Source of the DNA: Treponemataceae bacterium
GTDB lineage: Bacteria > Spirochaetota > Spirochaetia > Treponematales > Rectinemataceae
Length of the DNA: 64,000 bases
NCBI GenBank assembly: GCA_963667725.2
Contig: CAXXHO010000005.1
Location: 1,120,001-1,184,000, forward strand
Direction of reading: 5' to 3'
In this document: piece after piece, positions 40,915-51,445 of the stretch
How the letters are laid out: every line of letters begins with the position of its first letter
How positions within the stretch are numbered: position 1 is the first letter of the stretch
Program-made: the position numbers and the translations under genes
Notes under the pieces: generated by a model
Told to the model about the DNA's origin: nothing
Databases searched by the model: none
What the model saw: only the letters and a program-made list of their open reading frames with translations

Positions 40915-43369
40915 CTACGCTATGAACGCGTTAAGAGGCACGTAATCCTTCACGTATTCGGGGACAAGGAGGCGGTATTTCGCTGGCACGGCCTTGAAAT
41001 CCCGTGCCGAGAAGAGCGGATTGGTCGCCAGTTCGGTGTAGCGCCGCGATTCGATGATGTCGCGGACGCCGCCCGAGGTGATATAGGCTTTAAAATACGC
41101 CCTGATCGCGGGGATGGCGACCGCTTCCTCATCGCTCGGGTGGGCGTCGGCGACGAATTTCGCGAATTCCTCCTCCAGGAGTTCATCCTTGGACTTGAAC
41201 CGGGGAATGAGGCCGAAGACTTTCTCGAGAATTTCGCGCAGCGTGAGGCGACGGTCCACGGCGGCGGCCTTCCTGAGCTTATCGAGGCTGTAATATTCCT
41301 CGGGCTTGTCGAAAACTTCCTTGTTAATGTAGTCGATTACCCTGTCCCACTGGCCTGTCGCCACGGTCGCGGCGATGAAATCGTTGGCCCTCACCACGTC
41401 CTCGAAGCGCTCGAAGAACATGCGGTCGATCTTCATTCCTTCGTAGCCGACTTTTCGCTCCTCGATGGTGGAAAGGATATCTTCGCCTGGGTGCGTATAA
41501 AGGCCGATGCGCTCGGAAAGCGAGGTTTCGTCGCTTTTGCGCTTCTTTTCGGTTTTAAGCGCGGACGGCTTCAGCCAAGGCCGGATCGAAAAGCTGTTCG
41601 AGAAAATTGTGTTTTCTTGTACCTCGCCCCTTGATCTGGATAAAATCCGTGGGTGAGAAAATGGGACGGAAAAGGCCGAGATTTAGGATATCCGTGCAGT
41701 CGTAGCCAGTCGTCATCATGCCTACTGTCACACAGACGCGCGCCTTGCTGGTTTTATAGGAAGCGATGAAGTTGCACGATCCAAGGAGGTTGTTGTTCTT
41801 GTCGGTGAAATTGATCGTGAACTGCTGGGCGTTGGCGATCTGCGAAGTCACCTGGACGGCGAAATCCGAATGATACTTGCCGGGATACATACGATCGGCC
41901 ATCTGGTTTAGGACTTGAGTGAGCTTCGCCGCATGGTTCTGGCTGACGGCGAAAATGATGGATTTCCCGACTTCGGCGCTCACCGGATCGCGCAGGGCGT
42001 GTTCGAGGAAGGTTTTGCAGAAGAGCTGGTTCGTCGCGTCAGAAAAGAACTTCTTCTCGAATTCGCTTTGCTTGTAGGCTTCTTCCTTGTCTTCTCCGTT
42101 TTCGTCGGTAAAGGAAGCCACGAAACCTTGTTCCGAAAGAAGCTCAGTGGTTATTTCGGTGCGGGCGTCCACGACGGTCGGATTGATGAGATAGCCGTCC
42201 TTGACGCCGTCGAGCAGCGAATAACGAAACGTTGGCTGGCCGCTCTCGCAGCCGAAGGTTTTATAGGTGTCGAGAAGAAGGCGCCGCTCGGCTTCCCGCG
42301 GATCGCGCGAGCCGGGGTTCGAGCCTTTGAAACGTTTGAGGTAGTCGCGTGGCGTGGCGGTGAGGCCGAGCTTATACCCGACGAAGTATTCGAAGACAGC
42401 CCGGGCGTTGCCGCCAATCGAGCGGTGCGCCTCGTCCGAAATGACGAGGTCGAAATCGGTAGGCGAGAAGAGCCGCTGATACTTATTGTCGAAGAGGAGG
42501 GATTGGACGGTCGTGACCACTATTTCCGCTCTACGCCACTCGTCACGGTTCTCCTTGTAGATGACCGTGCTGAAGTCGTTTGATAGATAGTCTACAAAGT
42601 TTTTCCACGCCTGGTCTTCCAGTTCCAATCGGTCGACAAGAAAGAGGACACGGCTCGCATTGCCTGATTTTAGAAAGAGCTTGATGACGGCGGCCGCCGT
42701 GAGGGTCTTGCCTGTACCGGTGGCCATCTCGAAGAGAAACCGATCGGCGCCTTTTCCCACGCCGCGCTGGAGGGCGTGGATAGCTTCGAGCTGGTAGGGT
42801 CTCAGGAAACGCAGTTTCGCGGTCTTGATGTAGGCCGGCCGCTCCGCCTCAAGGAGCCAGCCCGCTTCGGCTTTATAGGTTGGTCTCTGCGTCAAGGCAA
42901 TGAAGTCGTCTACAACCTTCGTTTCGACGAGTTTTTTGGGGTCGGGCTCGACTTTGCGATAGATGGCCGCCGATTGGGGCGTGGGAAAGCTAGTGATGAG
43001 GTAGGGATTGCCGCGTTCCAGGTCCCAGAAATAGTGCAGGTTGCCGTTGGAAAGGATAATAAAACGGCAATTTAGGTTCCGCGCATAGCTGCGCGCCTGT
43101 TCCTTGCCGACAAGAGGGTTTTTATCCTCGGATTTGGCTTCCAGAACAATGAGGGGGAAGTTTTTATCGTCAAGAAGAAGGAAGTCGATAAAACCCTTGT
43201 GAACTTTCTCGAAATTATGCCCGAGATTGTCGAGATCCCGTTCTTTTATTTTAACGCCGAGTTCGAGGCTGATATTCGCCGCTTTTTCGCCTTCGGAAAA
43301 AAACCGCCAGCCTGTCGCCTCAAGCAATTTGTTGATCTTGATTCGAGCCGTCGCTTCTTTTAAGATCAT
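40915..43369 (-). pseudogene. hsdR: Type I restriction endonuclease R subunit, split by a frameshift near 41555
   Basis: 5' ORF (43369-41555) has IDF..LEAK nuclease, MATGTGKT, DEAH, LTATP and QIKGRGTR, then TAA; the protein continues in another frame (..GEDILST..GYEGMKIDRMFF..) to 40915. Confidence 0.8.
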
Positions 43370-43541
43370 TTTCCCTCATCTTCTCATTTTTACATTGGCA
43401 GTATAACACTCAATGGAGATGGGGCATAGGAAAATATGCGGCAAGCTGCCGCATAAGGCCATGATGAAACGGGATCCCTCTTGCTCAGCCCCTGCGTTTC
43501 GGCGACACTGGTCGCGATATACATCACTTAGCGGAGCGATA

Positions 43542-44399
43542 ATGGAAATACTCGTCGCCATCAAACAAGTGCCGGATACCGATAAGGTGAAGATGGACCC
43601 CGTGACGGGGACCATGGTTCGCGAGGGGGTGGACACCATCGTCAATCCTCTCGACCTCTACGCCATCGAACTGGCCATACGACTCAAGGAAAAACACGGA
43701 GGGCGGGTGACCGCCTTCACCATGGGGCCGCCAGCGGCCGACAAGGCCCTCAAGGAAGCGATGGCCATGGGCTGCGACGCCGGTGTCCTCGTCACCGACA
43801 GGGCGTTTTCGGGCTCGGATACCTGGGCCACGTCCTACGCGCTTTCGCGCGCTGTCGCGAAGATGGGCCCCTACGATCTTATCCTCGCGGGGGAGAGGGC
43901 CACCGACGGCGATACCGGGCAAGTAGGTCCCTGCATGGCGGCCTGGCTCGACATTCCCGTCCTCACCTACGTGGGGTCGATCGAATCCTCGGACGAAAGC
44001 GGCACCGTGGCGCCGAACATAATTGCGCGGCGACTTGTCGAGGAAGGCTACCAGCGCGTGCGGGTGGACCTGCCCTGCCTTCTCACCGTCGTAAAGGAAG
44101 TGGCGAATCCGAGGCTGCCGACGCTGCGCGGCAAGAAATTCGCCCGCCAGGCGAAAATCACCGTCTATACGGCGGCCGATCTCGACGCCGAGCCGGCGTA
44201 TCTGGGTTTGAAGGGCTCCCCCACGAAGGTTTCCAAGATTTTCTACCCGAAGGTGACGAGGGGCGGAGAGACCGTGAAGGCCGCCGACGAGGCGGGCGTG
44301 GATTTGGCCGTGGAGCGGCTCGTGGACTTCCTCGCAGAGCGCGATCTGGTCGATTCGCGCGGTCCCATCGGCGCGCGCGCCGTCGTAGAGGGGCGCTGA
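43542..44399 (+). CDS. etfB: Electron transfer flavoprotein beta subunit
   Basis: IKQVPDT, NPLD, MGP, DRAFSGSDT, DGDTGQVGP, GLKGSPT; GGAG RBS. Confidence 0.93.
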   Translation: MEILVAIKQVPDTDKVKMDPVTGTMVREGVDTIVNPLDLYAIELAIRLKEKHGGRVTAFTMGPPAADKALKEAMAMGCDAGVLVTDRAFSGSDTWATSYALSRAVAKMGPYDLILAGERATDGDTGQVGPCMAAWLDIPVLTYVGSIESSDESGTVAPNIIARRLVEEGYQRVRVDLPCLLTVVKEVANPRLPTLRGKKFARQAKITVYTAADLDAEPAYLGLKGSPTKVSKIFYPKVTRGGETVKAADEAGVDLAVERLVDFLAERDLVDSRGPIGARAVVEGR

Positions 44400-44400
44400 G

Positions 44401-45453
44401 ATGGCGGAAATGAACAACACTGAAACGAATAACGTATGGACGATCGCGGAACAGTCGGGCGGACGGCTTAAGAATGTGTCTTTCGAGCTCCTGGCCCGCG
44501 GCAGGCATCTGGCCGACAAGCTGGGCGTCAAGCTCGTCTCGGTGGTCCTGGTCGACGAGATAAGTGATGAAACGTTGCGCGAACTCATCGAGCGTGGGGC
44601 GGACGAAGTCCTCTGCGTCGCGGATCCGGCTCTGGCCGATTTCGTATGCGAGACCTTCGCGAAAGCTCTCGTGGCCCTCGCGAGGGAACGCAGGCCGCAG
44701 ATCATCCTCGCGGCGGCGACGAGTTCGGGGCGGACGCTGATGCCGCACATCGCGGTGACGCTGCACGCGGGGCTCACGGCGGACTGCACCGAACTCGACA
44801 TCGAGGAAGGCACGGGTCTTCTTTTGCAGACGCGGCCGGCAATCGGCGGCAACATCATGGCGACGATAAAGACGCCCGACCATAAGCCGCAGATGTCGAC
44901 GGTGCGGCCGAAATCGGCCAAGGCGCTCGAACGCGACGCCTGCCGGAGCGGAAGCGTCGAGCGGTTAGCGCTCGATCAGTCCTTCGTCGAGAAGCGCGTT
45001 GAGGTGCTCGGGCTCGAGCGCGATGTCGAGGGCTTTGAGAACATAGAGGAAGCGGCCATCGTCGTTTCGGGAGGGCGCGGTCTCAAGAAGGCGGAAAACT
45101 TCAGACTCCTGCGCGATCTGGCCGACGTTCTGGGCGGCGCCGTCGGGGCGAGTCGCGAGGCCGTGGACAGGGGCTGGATTTCTTATCCCCATCAGGTAGG
45201 CCTTTCAGGCAAGACCATTTCGCCGCGCCTCTACGTATGCGTGGGCGTATCGGGCGCCATCCAGCATCTGGCGGGCATCAAGACGGCTGAAACCATCGTG
45301 TCGATCAACGGCGACCCCGAAGCGCCCATACACAAGTTGGCCGATTTCGCCGTGGTGGGCGATCTCTTCGAGATAGTGCCTAAGCTCACGGCGGCATTGA
45401 AGCGGCGCGCCGCCGAAGATGAAAAGCCGACGAACGAGGAGGCCTGCTCATGA
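44401..45453 (+). CDS. etfA: Electron transfer flavoprotein alpha subunit
   Basis: GLTADCT, QTRPA.GGN, VSGGRG, GASR, QVGLSGKT, GVSGAIQH. Confidence 0.95.
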   Translation: MAEMNNTETNNVWTIAEQSGGRLKNVSFELLARGRHLADKLGVKLVSVVLVDEISDETLRELIERGADEVLCVADPALADFVCETFAKALVALARERRPQIILAAATSSGRTLMPHIAVTLHAGLTADCTELDIEEGTGLLLQTRPAIGGNIMATIKTPDHKPQMSTVRPKSAKALERDACRSGSVERLALDQSFVEKRVEVLGLERDVEGFENIEEAAIVVSGGRGLKKAENFRLLRDLADVLGGAVGASREAVDRGWISYPHQVGLSGKTISPRLYVCVGVSGAIQHLAGIKTAETIVSINGDPEAPIHKLADFAVVGDLFEIVPKLTAALKRRAAEDEKPTNEEACS

Positions 45454-46865
45454 AATACGCCAAAGTGAACGAGGCTGTCGTCGCCGAACTTAAAACTCTT
45501 CTCGGAGCGCGCAACGTCATTGCCGACGAAGAGCGCATGGAAGCCTATTCGCACGACGAGACATCTGCCGAGGAATACGGCCACATGCCCGACGTCGTGG
45601 TCACGCCGACCTCGACAGCCCAGGTGGCTGAGGTGGTCAAGCTGGCGAACAAGCAACGCCTTCCCCTCACGCCGCGCGGCGCGGGCTCAGGCCTCTCCGG
45701 CGGCGCCATCCCCGTCTTCGGCGGCATCGTCCTCTCCCTCGAAAAGATGAACAAGGTGATCGAGATCGATTACGCCAACATGACGATGACCGTCGAGACC
45801 GGCATCGTGACGAACGAGATCAACAATCTCGTCAAGGAGAAGGGCCTTTTCTACGCCGGATATCCCATGAGCCTCGAGACCTGCTTCCTCGGCGGCAACA
45901 TCGCCGAGAACGCGGGCGGCGGAAAGGCCGTGAAATACGGCGTCACCTCGCGCTACATCATGGGCGTCGAGCTCGTGACGCCGACGGGCGAGGTGGTCTG
46001 GCTGGGCGGCAAGCTCTCCAAGGACGTCACGGGCTACGACCTCACCCACCTCATCGTCGGCTCGGAAGGGACCCTCGGCATCGTCACGACCGCCATCATA
46101 AAGCTGATTGGGTTGCCGAAGGCGAAGTCTGACCTTCTCGTCCTCTTCAAGACCCCGGCCGAGGCCATAGCCTGCGTGCCCGAAATCATCGCGAAGGGCA
46201 CGATCCCCACAAGCATGGAATTCATGGACAAGCTTTCGGTGGAAACCTCCTGCCAATACCTCAACGAGAGTCTGCCCTACGAATCCTGCGGGGCCATGCT
46301 CCTCATCGAGATGGACGGCTCCGACAGCGAGCGCGTCGACGCCGACGCGGAACTCGTGGGCGACCTCTGTATGGAAAAGGGCGCCATCGAAGTGTACATG
46401 GCCGACAACCGCACCACTCAGGAACGCGTCTGGAGCGTGCGCAGGAACATAGCCGAAGCCTTCAAGGTGAAATGCCCGATCCAGAGCCTCGAGGACATCG
46501 TCGTCCCGACGGCCTCGATACCCGACATCATCCCCGAGCTCGATCGCATATCGTCGAAATATGGCATTTCCATTCCCTGTTACGGCCACGCGGGCGACGG
46601 CAATCTCCACGCGACCCTGGTGAAGGATCCCGCGATGTCCATGGAGGCCTGGAAGGCCGCCGAACCGAAAGCCCTGGAGGACCTCTACGCCGTCGTCACG
46701 AAGTTGGGCGGCAAGATCTCGGGCGAGCACGGCATAGGCCTGAAGCGGAAAAAATACATGGCCGAATTCATGAGCCCCGTCGAGATGGGCCTCATCAAGG
46801 CGATTAAGAAGGCCTGGGATCCCAACGGCATCATGAACCCCGGCAAGCTTTTCGACCAGGACTGA
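45450..46865 (+). CDS. FAD-linked 2-hydroxyacid dehydrogenase (GlcD/LctD-like, probable D-lactate dehydrogenase)
   Basis: PRGAGSGLSGG, GGNIAENAGG, GSEGTLG, GHAGDGNLH, SGEHGIG, DPNGIMNPGK. Confidence 0.9.
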   Translation: MKYAKVNEAVVAELKTLLGARNVIADEERMEAYSHDETSAEEYGHMPDVVVTPTSTAQVAEVVKLANKQRLPLTPRGAGSGLSGGAIPVFGGIVLSLEKMNKVIEIDYANMTMTVETGIVTNEINNLVKEKGLFYAGYPMSLETCFLGGNIAENAGGGKAVKYGVTSRYIMGVELVTPTGEVVWLGGKLSKDVTGYDLTHLIVGSEGTLGIVTTAIIKLIGLPKAKSDLLVLFKTPAEAIACVPEIIAKGTIPTSMEFMDKLSVETSCQYLNESLPYESCGAMLLIEMDGSDSERVDADAELVGDLCMEKGAIEVYMADNRTTQERVWSVRRNIAEAFKVKCPIQSLEDIVVPTASIPDIIPELDRISSKYGISIPCYGHAGDGNLHATLVKDPAMSMEAWKAAEPKALEDLYAVVTKLGGKISGEHGIGLKRKKYMAEFMSPVEMGLIKAIKKAWDPNGIMNPGKLFDQD

Positions 46866-46867
46866 GC

Positions 46868-48280
46868 ATGAAGATCGAGATACCCTTCGAGACGGGACCT
46901 GTGGCGGCCGAGCTGCCTGATGGAACCGAGGTTCTGAGGATGAGGGAGTGCCTGCCTCTCGCCGCGCCGGGCGAAGCCATCCGGGCGGCGCTCGCGGCGC
47001 CTATTGGTTCGGAGCCGCTGGCCGAGATCGCGAGGCGAGCGCGCGGGAGCCGGGATAGTGCCAAGGCCTGCGTCGTGGTCTCCGACAAGACGCGGCCAGT
47101 GCCTTACAGAGGGCCTGACGGCCTTCTTCTCCCCATACTCGAAACGCTGCGCGCCCAGGGCTTCGCCTCGCGCGACATCACCATACTCGTCGCCTGCGGA
47201 ATGCACTCGGGGATGAGCCGCGAAGAGCTGGAGCGTATGCTCGGACCGGAACCCTTCGCCCTCGGAATCGCCGTCGTCAACCACGACTGCCGCGATGCGT
47301 CCTCGCTCGTCCAGGTCGGCGTCACCGCCCGCGGGACAGAGGCTCTCGTCAATCGCCTCTATGTCGGAGCCGACCTCAAGATACTCACCGGTCTCGTCGA
47401 GAGCCATTTCATGGCGGGCGCCTCGGGCGGCCGGAAATCCATCTGCCCGGGACTTCTGGGCGAGGAAGGCACCCGCGTTTTTCATGGCCCCGCCCTCATG
47501 TCCCACCCGAACACGAGGGACCTTCTCATCGAGGGAAATCCCGTCCACGAGGAATCGCTCGCCGTGGCCAGGCTCGTCGGCGCCGATTTCATCGCCAATG
47601 TCACAGTGGACTCGCGGTTCAGGGCGACGGGGATCTTCTGCGGAGCCCTCGAGGCCGCGCACGCCGCCGCCGTGGCGCATCTGCGCGAAAGCGTCGGCAT
47701 TCCCGTCGAAAAGCCTTATGACCTCGTCGTGACCCACGGCGGCTTCGTCGCGCAGAACCACTACCAGGCGGCCAAGGCCGGGGTAGCGGCGCTCGGCGCC
47801 CTGCCGCCCTCGGGCGGGAGCCTTCTCCTCGTCGCCGATAACAGGGACGCCGAGCCCATAGGCTCGGACGGCTACAGGACAGCGCTCGCCCTGCTCAAGG
47901 CCATAGGGCCGGAAGCTCTCGACCGCCTCCTGGCCTCGCCCGATTGGCATTTCCTCCTGGATCAGTGGGAAGCGCAGATGTGGGGCAAGGTATTCAAGAG
48001 GATGACGATGGACGATTTCGTGTATTTCGCGCCGCAGCTCGGACCCGGCGACAGGCGGATCGTGCCCGGAATCGATGGCGCGAATCTTGCTTTCCCGGCG
48101 GCCGCCGGGAAAGCCGCCGAAGCCTCTCGCGCGGGCGCCAATGCCGCAGCCGGCGTCGTGCGGGCCGCCGTCGCCCGGTTCCTCGCGCGTCGCGGCGCGA
48201 CCGAGTCCGACGTGGCCGCCGGCAAGGTCAGGATCGCCTGGCTCGTCGACGGACCTTACGGTATTCCTTTTCGCCGGTAA
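46868..48280 (+). CDS. LarA-family nickel-pincer racemase (lactate racemase-like)
   Basis: SDKTRP, ACGMH, NHD, SHFMAGASGGRKSICPG, FHG, YQAAK. Confidence 0.85.
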   Translation: MKIEIPFETGPVAAELPDGTEVLRMRECLPLAAPGEAIRAALAAPIGSEPLAEIARRARGSRDSAKACVVVSDKTRPVPYRGPDGLLLPILETLRAQGFASRDITILVACGMHSGMSREELERMLGPEPFALGIAVVNHDCRDASSLVQVGVTARGTEALVNRLYVGADLKILTGLVESHFMAGASGGRKSICPGLLGEEGTRVFHGPALMSHPNTRDLLIEGNPVHEESLAVARLVGADFIANVTVDSRFRATGIFCGALEAAHAAAVAHLRESVGIPVEKPYDLVVTHGGFVAQNHYQAAKAGVAALGALPPSGGSLLLVADNRDAEPIGSDGYRTALALLKAIGPEALDRLLASPDWHFLLDQWEAQMWGKVFKRMTMDDFVYFAPQLGPGDRRIVPGIDGANLAFPAAAGKAAEASRAGANAAAGVVRAAVARFLARRGATESDVAAGKVRIAWLVDGPYGIPFRR

Positions 48281-48975
48281 GCATTGGGACTTGAGCCGAA
48301 GTGGCGCCTGAAGGCCCTGCTGAAATTCTTCGGATTGGAATAGCCCAGCTCGGCGCTCACCTCGGTGACGCGCATCCCTTTTTCCGTGATGAGACGGGCC
48401 GCCTTCTCCATGCGCATGGCCGCGATAGTGTTGGAAAATGAACTGCCCGACTTTTCGCGGAACCAGGTCGAGAAATAGGTCGGATTCATCCTCGCGGCGC
48501 TCGCCGCGCTCTTGAGGCAGGCGTCGCCGATGTTGCCGCGCAGATAAGCGAAAACGTCGGCCAGAACGGGATCGAGGGACGCGGATTTCTGCGCGCGTTC
48601 GGCATCCAGCTCCCTGGCCACCGAAGCGAAAATCGAACGGAACTCCTCGTCCGAAGGCGGCTTGACGAGATAGCCGCGCACGCCGTAGCGGAAGGCCTCC
48701 TGGGCGTATTCGAATTTCCTGTACGCGCTGAGGAACACCACTTTCACGAAGGGATGCTCAGCGGCGAGCCAGGCGGCGAACTCCAACCCCGATTCCCCCG
48801 GCATCTTGATGTCGCAGAGCACTGCTTCCACGCCTTCGCTCTCGACGACGGCTCTCGCCTCGCCTACGCAGGAGGCCCGGGCGGCCACCACGAAGCCCAG
48901 TTCGGTCCAGGGGTAGTAGGCGGCCAGCGCTGAGCGGATTTCTGCTTCGTCATCTACGATGAGAACCCTGTACAT
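48256..48975 (-). CDS. YesN-type response regulator (receiver domain plus AraC HTH)
   Basis: MYRVLIVDDE, DIKMP..SGL, SAY..FEYAQEA, YLVKP, YFSTWF, LGYSNPKNFSRAF; start reassigned to 48975. Confidence 0.92.
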   Translation of the reverse strand: MYRVLIVDDEAEIRSALAAYYPWTELGFVVAARASCVGEARAVVESEGVEAVLCDIKMPGESGLEFAAWLAAEHPFVKVVFLSAYRKFEYAQEAFRYGVRGYLVKPPSDEEFRSIFASVARELDAERAQKSASLDPVLADVFAYLRGNIGDACLKSAASAARMNPTYFSTWFREKSGSSFSNTIAAMRMEKAARLITEKGMRVTEVSAELGYSNPKNFSRAFRRHFGSSPNAYRRKGIP

Positions 48976-49010
48976 GGGGCGATGATATGTCCGCCCCGCC
49001 GGGCGGTCAA
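48973..49010 (-). promoter_or_regulatory. Putative leaderless promoter of the YesN-like regulator gene
   Basis: TTGACC-N17-TATCAT, then 6 nt to ATG; no Shine-Dalgarno sequence. Confidence 0.6.
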
Positions 49011-49140
49011 GTTTGCCCCGCGGCTTTTCCCGCCGCCTACCTGAAGAAATGATACCATGTACGAAGATTATGTTCCTTTGCCGCCTGTTCGGGCGGGTAT
49101 AAACTCTTCTGTCATCATAAAATTCTCCGTGGAGGCATGT

Positions 49141-50436
49141 ATGAAACGTAAGCTCGTCGCCCTGCTCTGCCTTGCTTTGATCGCCGTCGCCGGCGTCTTC
49201 GCCCAAAACAAGAAAGTGGAGCTCAAGATCGCCTGGTGGGGCTCGCAAGTCCGCCACGAGGCGACCATCAAAGTCATCGAAATGTACGAGAAGCTCAACC
49301 CGAACGTTCATATCACCTATGAGTTCGCCGGATTCGATGATTTCTGGACCAAGATGACCACTATGGCCGCCGGCGGCCAGCTACCCGACATCATGCAGCA
49401 GGACTACGCTCGCATCACCGAGTGGCAGAGCCGCAAGCTTCTGGAGCCCCTCGATTCCTATGTCACGTCCAAGGTTCTCGATCTCTCCGACGTCGCCAAA
49501 CCCATCATCGAGTCTGGCTCGATCGACGGCAAACTCTACGCCGTCAGCCTCGGATCCAACTCCTATTCGATGGTTCTCGACGTGGACGCCTTCAAGAAAG
49601 CCGGCGTTCCGCTTCCCGCCCAGGACTGGACCTGGGACGATATGGAAAAGATCGCCCTTCAGATCCATGAGAAACTCGGCATCTATGGCATCGGCGGCGG
49701 CTTCGAAGTCGACGAGCTGGCGTGGAAATCCGTCTACCTCTCCGACGGCCAGTATCTCTACGCGCCCGACGGCAAGTCCCTGGCCTACAAGGACGATACC
49801 CTTCTCGTGAACAATCTCAAGATGCTCCAGCGCCTCATCAAGGCCGGCGCGGCGCCCACCTATCAGGAATACATGGCCACCTTCGGCGGCACGGTCGGCA
49901 ACATCCAGATGGACGCCATCGTGACCGGCAAATCGGCCATCGAGGCCGTATGGTCCAACCAGGTCGTCGCCGTCGCCACGGCGGCCGGTCCCGGAAGGAA
50001 TTTCGCCGTCGTGCACCTGCCCCGTCTCAAGAAGGGCGGACAGGCCGGCAACTTCCTGAAACCCTCCCAGTTCTTCTCCGTCACCTCCCAGTCCAAGAAC
50101 AAGATCGAAGCGGCGAAGTTCCTGAGCTTCTTCACCAACTCCATCGAAGCCAACCTCATCCTCAACGCCGAGCGCGGCGTGCCCGTCGCCGGCAAGGTGC
50201 GTGACGCCCTCAAGGCGACCGTGTCGCCGGTGGTGAAGACGGTATTCGAGTACCTGGACCGTGTCGCCAAGGACGCGGCGCCCACGCCCCCGCCCGAACC
50301 CGCCCGCCACGCTGAGATCAGGGCCAACGTCTATGTCCCCCTCATCAGGGAACAGGTTTTCTACGGCGTGCTGACCGCCGAGGAAGCCGCCAAGCAGCTG
50401 CGCATCCAGGCCACCGAGATCCTCAAGAGAAAATAG
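49141..50436 (+). CDS. Sugar ABC substrate-binding protein (YesO-like)
   Basis: Signal peptide, IAWWGSQVRHEAT, LPDIMQQD, WTWDD, ERGVP; GGAGG RBS. Confidence 0.9.
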   Translation: MKRKLVALLCLALIAVAGVFAQNKKVELKIAWWGSQVRHEATIKVIEMYEKLNPNVHITYEFAGFDDFWTKMTTMAAGGQLPDIMQQDYARITEWQSRKLLEPLDSYVTSKVLDLSDVAKPIIESGSIDGKLYAVSLGSNSYSMVLDVDAFKKAGVPLPAQDWTWDDMEKIALQIHEKLGIYGIGGGFEVDELAWKSVYLSDGQYLYAPDGKSLAYKDDTLLVNNLKMLQRLIKAGAAPTYQEYMATFGGTVGNIQMDAIVTGKSAIEAVWSNQVVAVATAAGPGRNFAVVHLPRLKKGGQAGNFLKPSQFFSVTSQSKNKIEAAKFLSFFTNSIEANLILNAERGVPVAGKVRDALKATVSPVVKTVFEYLDRVAKDAAPTPPPEPARHAEIRANVYVPLIREQVFYGVLTAEEAAKQLRIQATEILKRK

Positions 50437-50524
50437 CGCCGCTTTTCCGGAACAGAGCGGCCCGGGCGCCCGCCTCGGCCGCTCCGCTTCCGTCGCGCCG
50501 AAAATCCAAGTCAAGGAGCCATCC

Positions 50525-51445
50525 ATGAAAACGCCCAGCGGCCGGACCGGACAATCCGGCCAGCGTGGATCCAACAATCTTGCCGGCTACCTTTTCATAG
50601 GACCCTGGCTTTTCGGTTTCATCGCCCTGACGGTGATTCCCATCGCCGCGAGCTTTTTTTTCTCCTTCACCGACTACGACATCCTCTCGCCGCCGCGCTG
50701 GGTGGGCGTGCAGAACTTCAAGAAAATGTTTTTCCAGGATCCGCGGTACTGGAAGTCGGTGAAAGCCACCGTCTACTACGCGCTCACCGCCGTTCCCCTC
50801 CGCCTCATCGTGGCCCTGGCCGTCGCCATGCTCCTCAACGTCAAAAGGCGGGGCGTGGCCTTCTACAGGGCGTTATTCTACGCGCCGTCGGTGGTGGGCG
50901 ACTCGATCGCCGTCGCCGTCATGTGGCGCCAGATTTTCGGCGGCGAAGGACTCGTCAACGCCTTTCTTCGTCTTCTCGGCCTGCCGGGCAAGAGACTCTG
51001 GCTCGCCGACCCCAAATTCGCCATCTGGACCCTCATCATCCTCGCCGCCTGGCAGTTCGGATCGGCCATGCTCATCTTCCTGGCCGGGCTCAAGCAGATT
51101 CCCTATGAATTCTACGAATCGGCCGACATGGACGGGGCCGGACCTGTCCGGAAGTTCTTTTCCATAACGCTGCCCCAGCTGACGCCGATCATCCTTTTCA
51201 ACCTGGTGATGCAGACCATCAACGGGCTGATCGTCTTCACCCCGGCTCTCGTCATCACCAACGGCCAGCCGCTGGATACCACCAACTTCTACGCCCTCTA
51301 CCTCTACAGGAGGGGCTTCGAAAACTTCCAGATGGGCTACGCTTCAGGCATGGCCTGGGTGCTCATGCTCGTGACCGCCCTCCTCACCCTGCTCATTTTC
51401 AAGACCTCGTCACGTTGGGTCTTCTACGAATCGGAGGGCAAATGA
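50525..51445 (+). CDS. Sugar ABC permease (YesP-like)
   Basis: GYLFIGPW, FLAGLKQIP..YESADMDGA, ITLP, MGYAS. Confidence 0.92.
   Translation: MKTPSGRTGQSGQRGSNNLAGYLFIGPWLFGFIALTVIPIAASFFFSFTDYDILSPPRWVGVQNFKKMFFQDPRYWKSVKATVYYALTAVPLRLIVALAVAMLLNVKRRGVAFYRALFYAPSVVGDSIAVAVMWRQIFGGEGLVNAFLRLLGLPGKRLWLADPKFAIWTLIILAAWQFGSAMLIFLAGLKQIPYEFYESADMDGAGPVRKFFSITLPQLTPIILFNLVMQTINGLIVFTPALVITNGQPLDTTNFYALYLYRRGFENFQMGYASGMAWVLMLVTALLTLLIFKTSSRWVFYESEGK

Noticed and set aside
39860..43400. Mobile element or prophage around the restriction-modification and KilA-N genes
   Set aside because: No integrase, transposase, att-like repeats or phage structural genes seen
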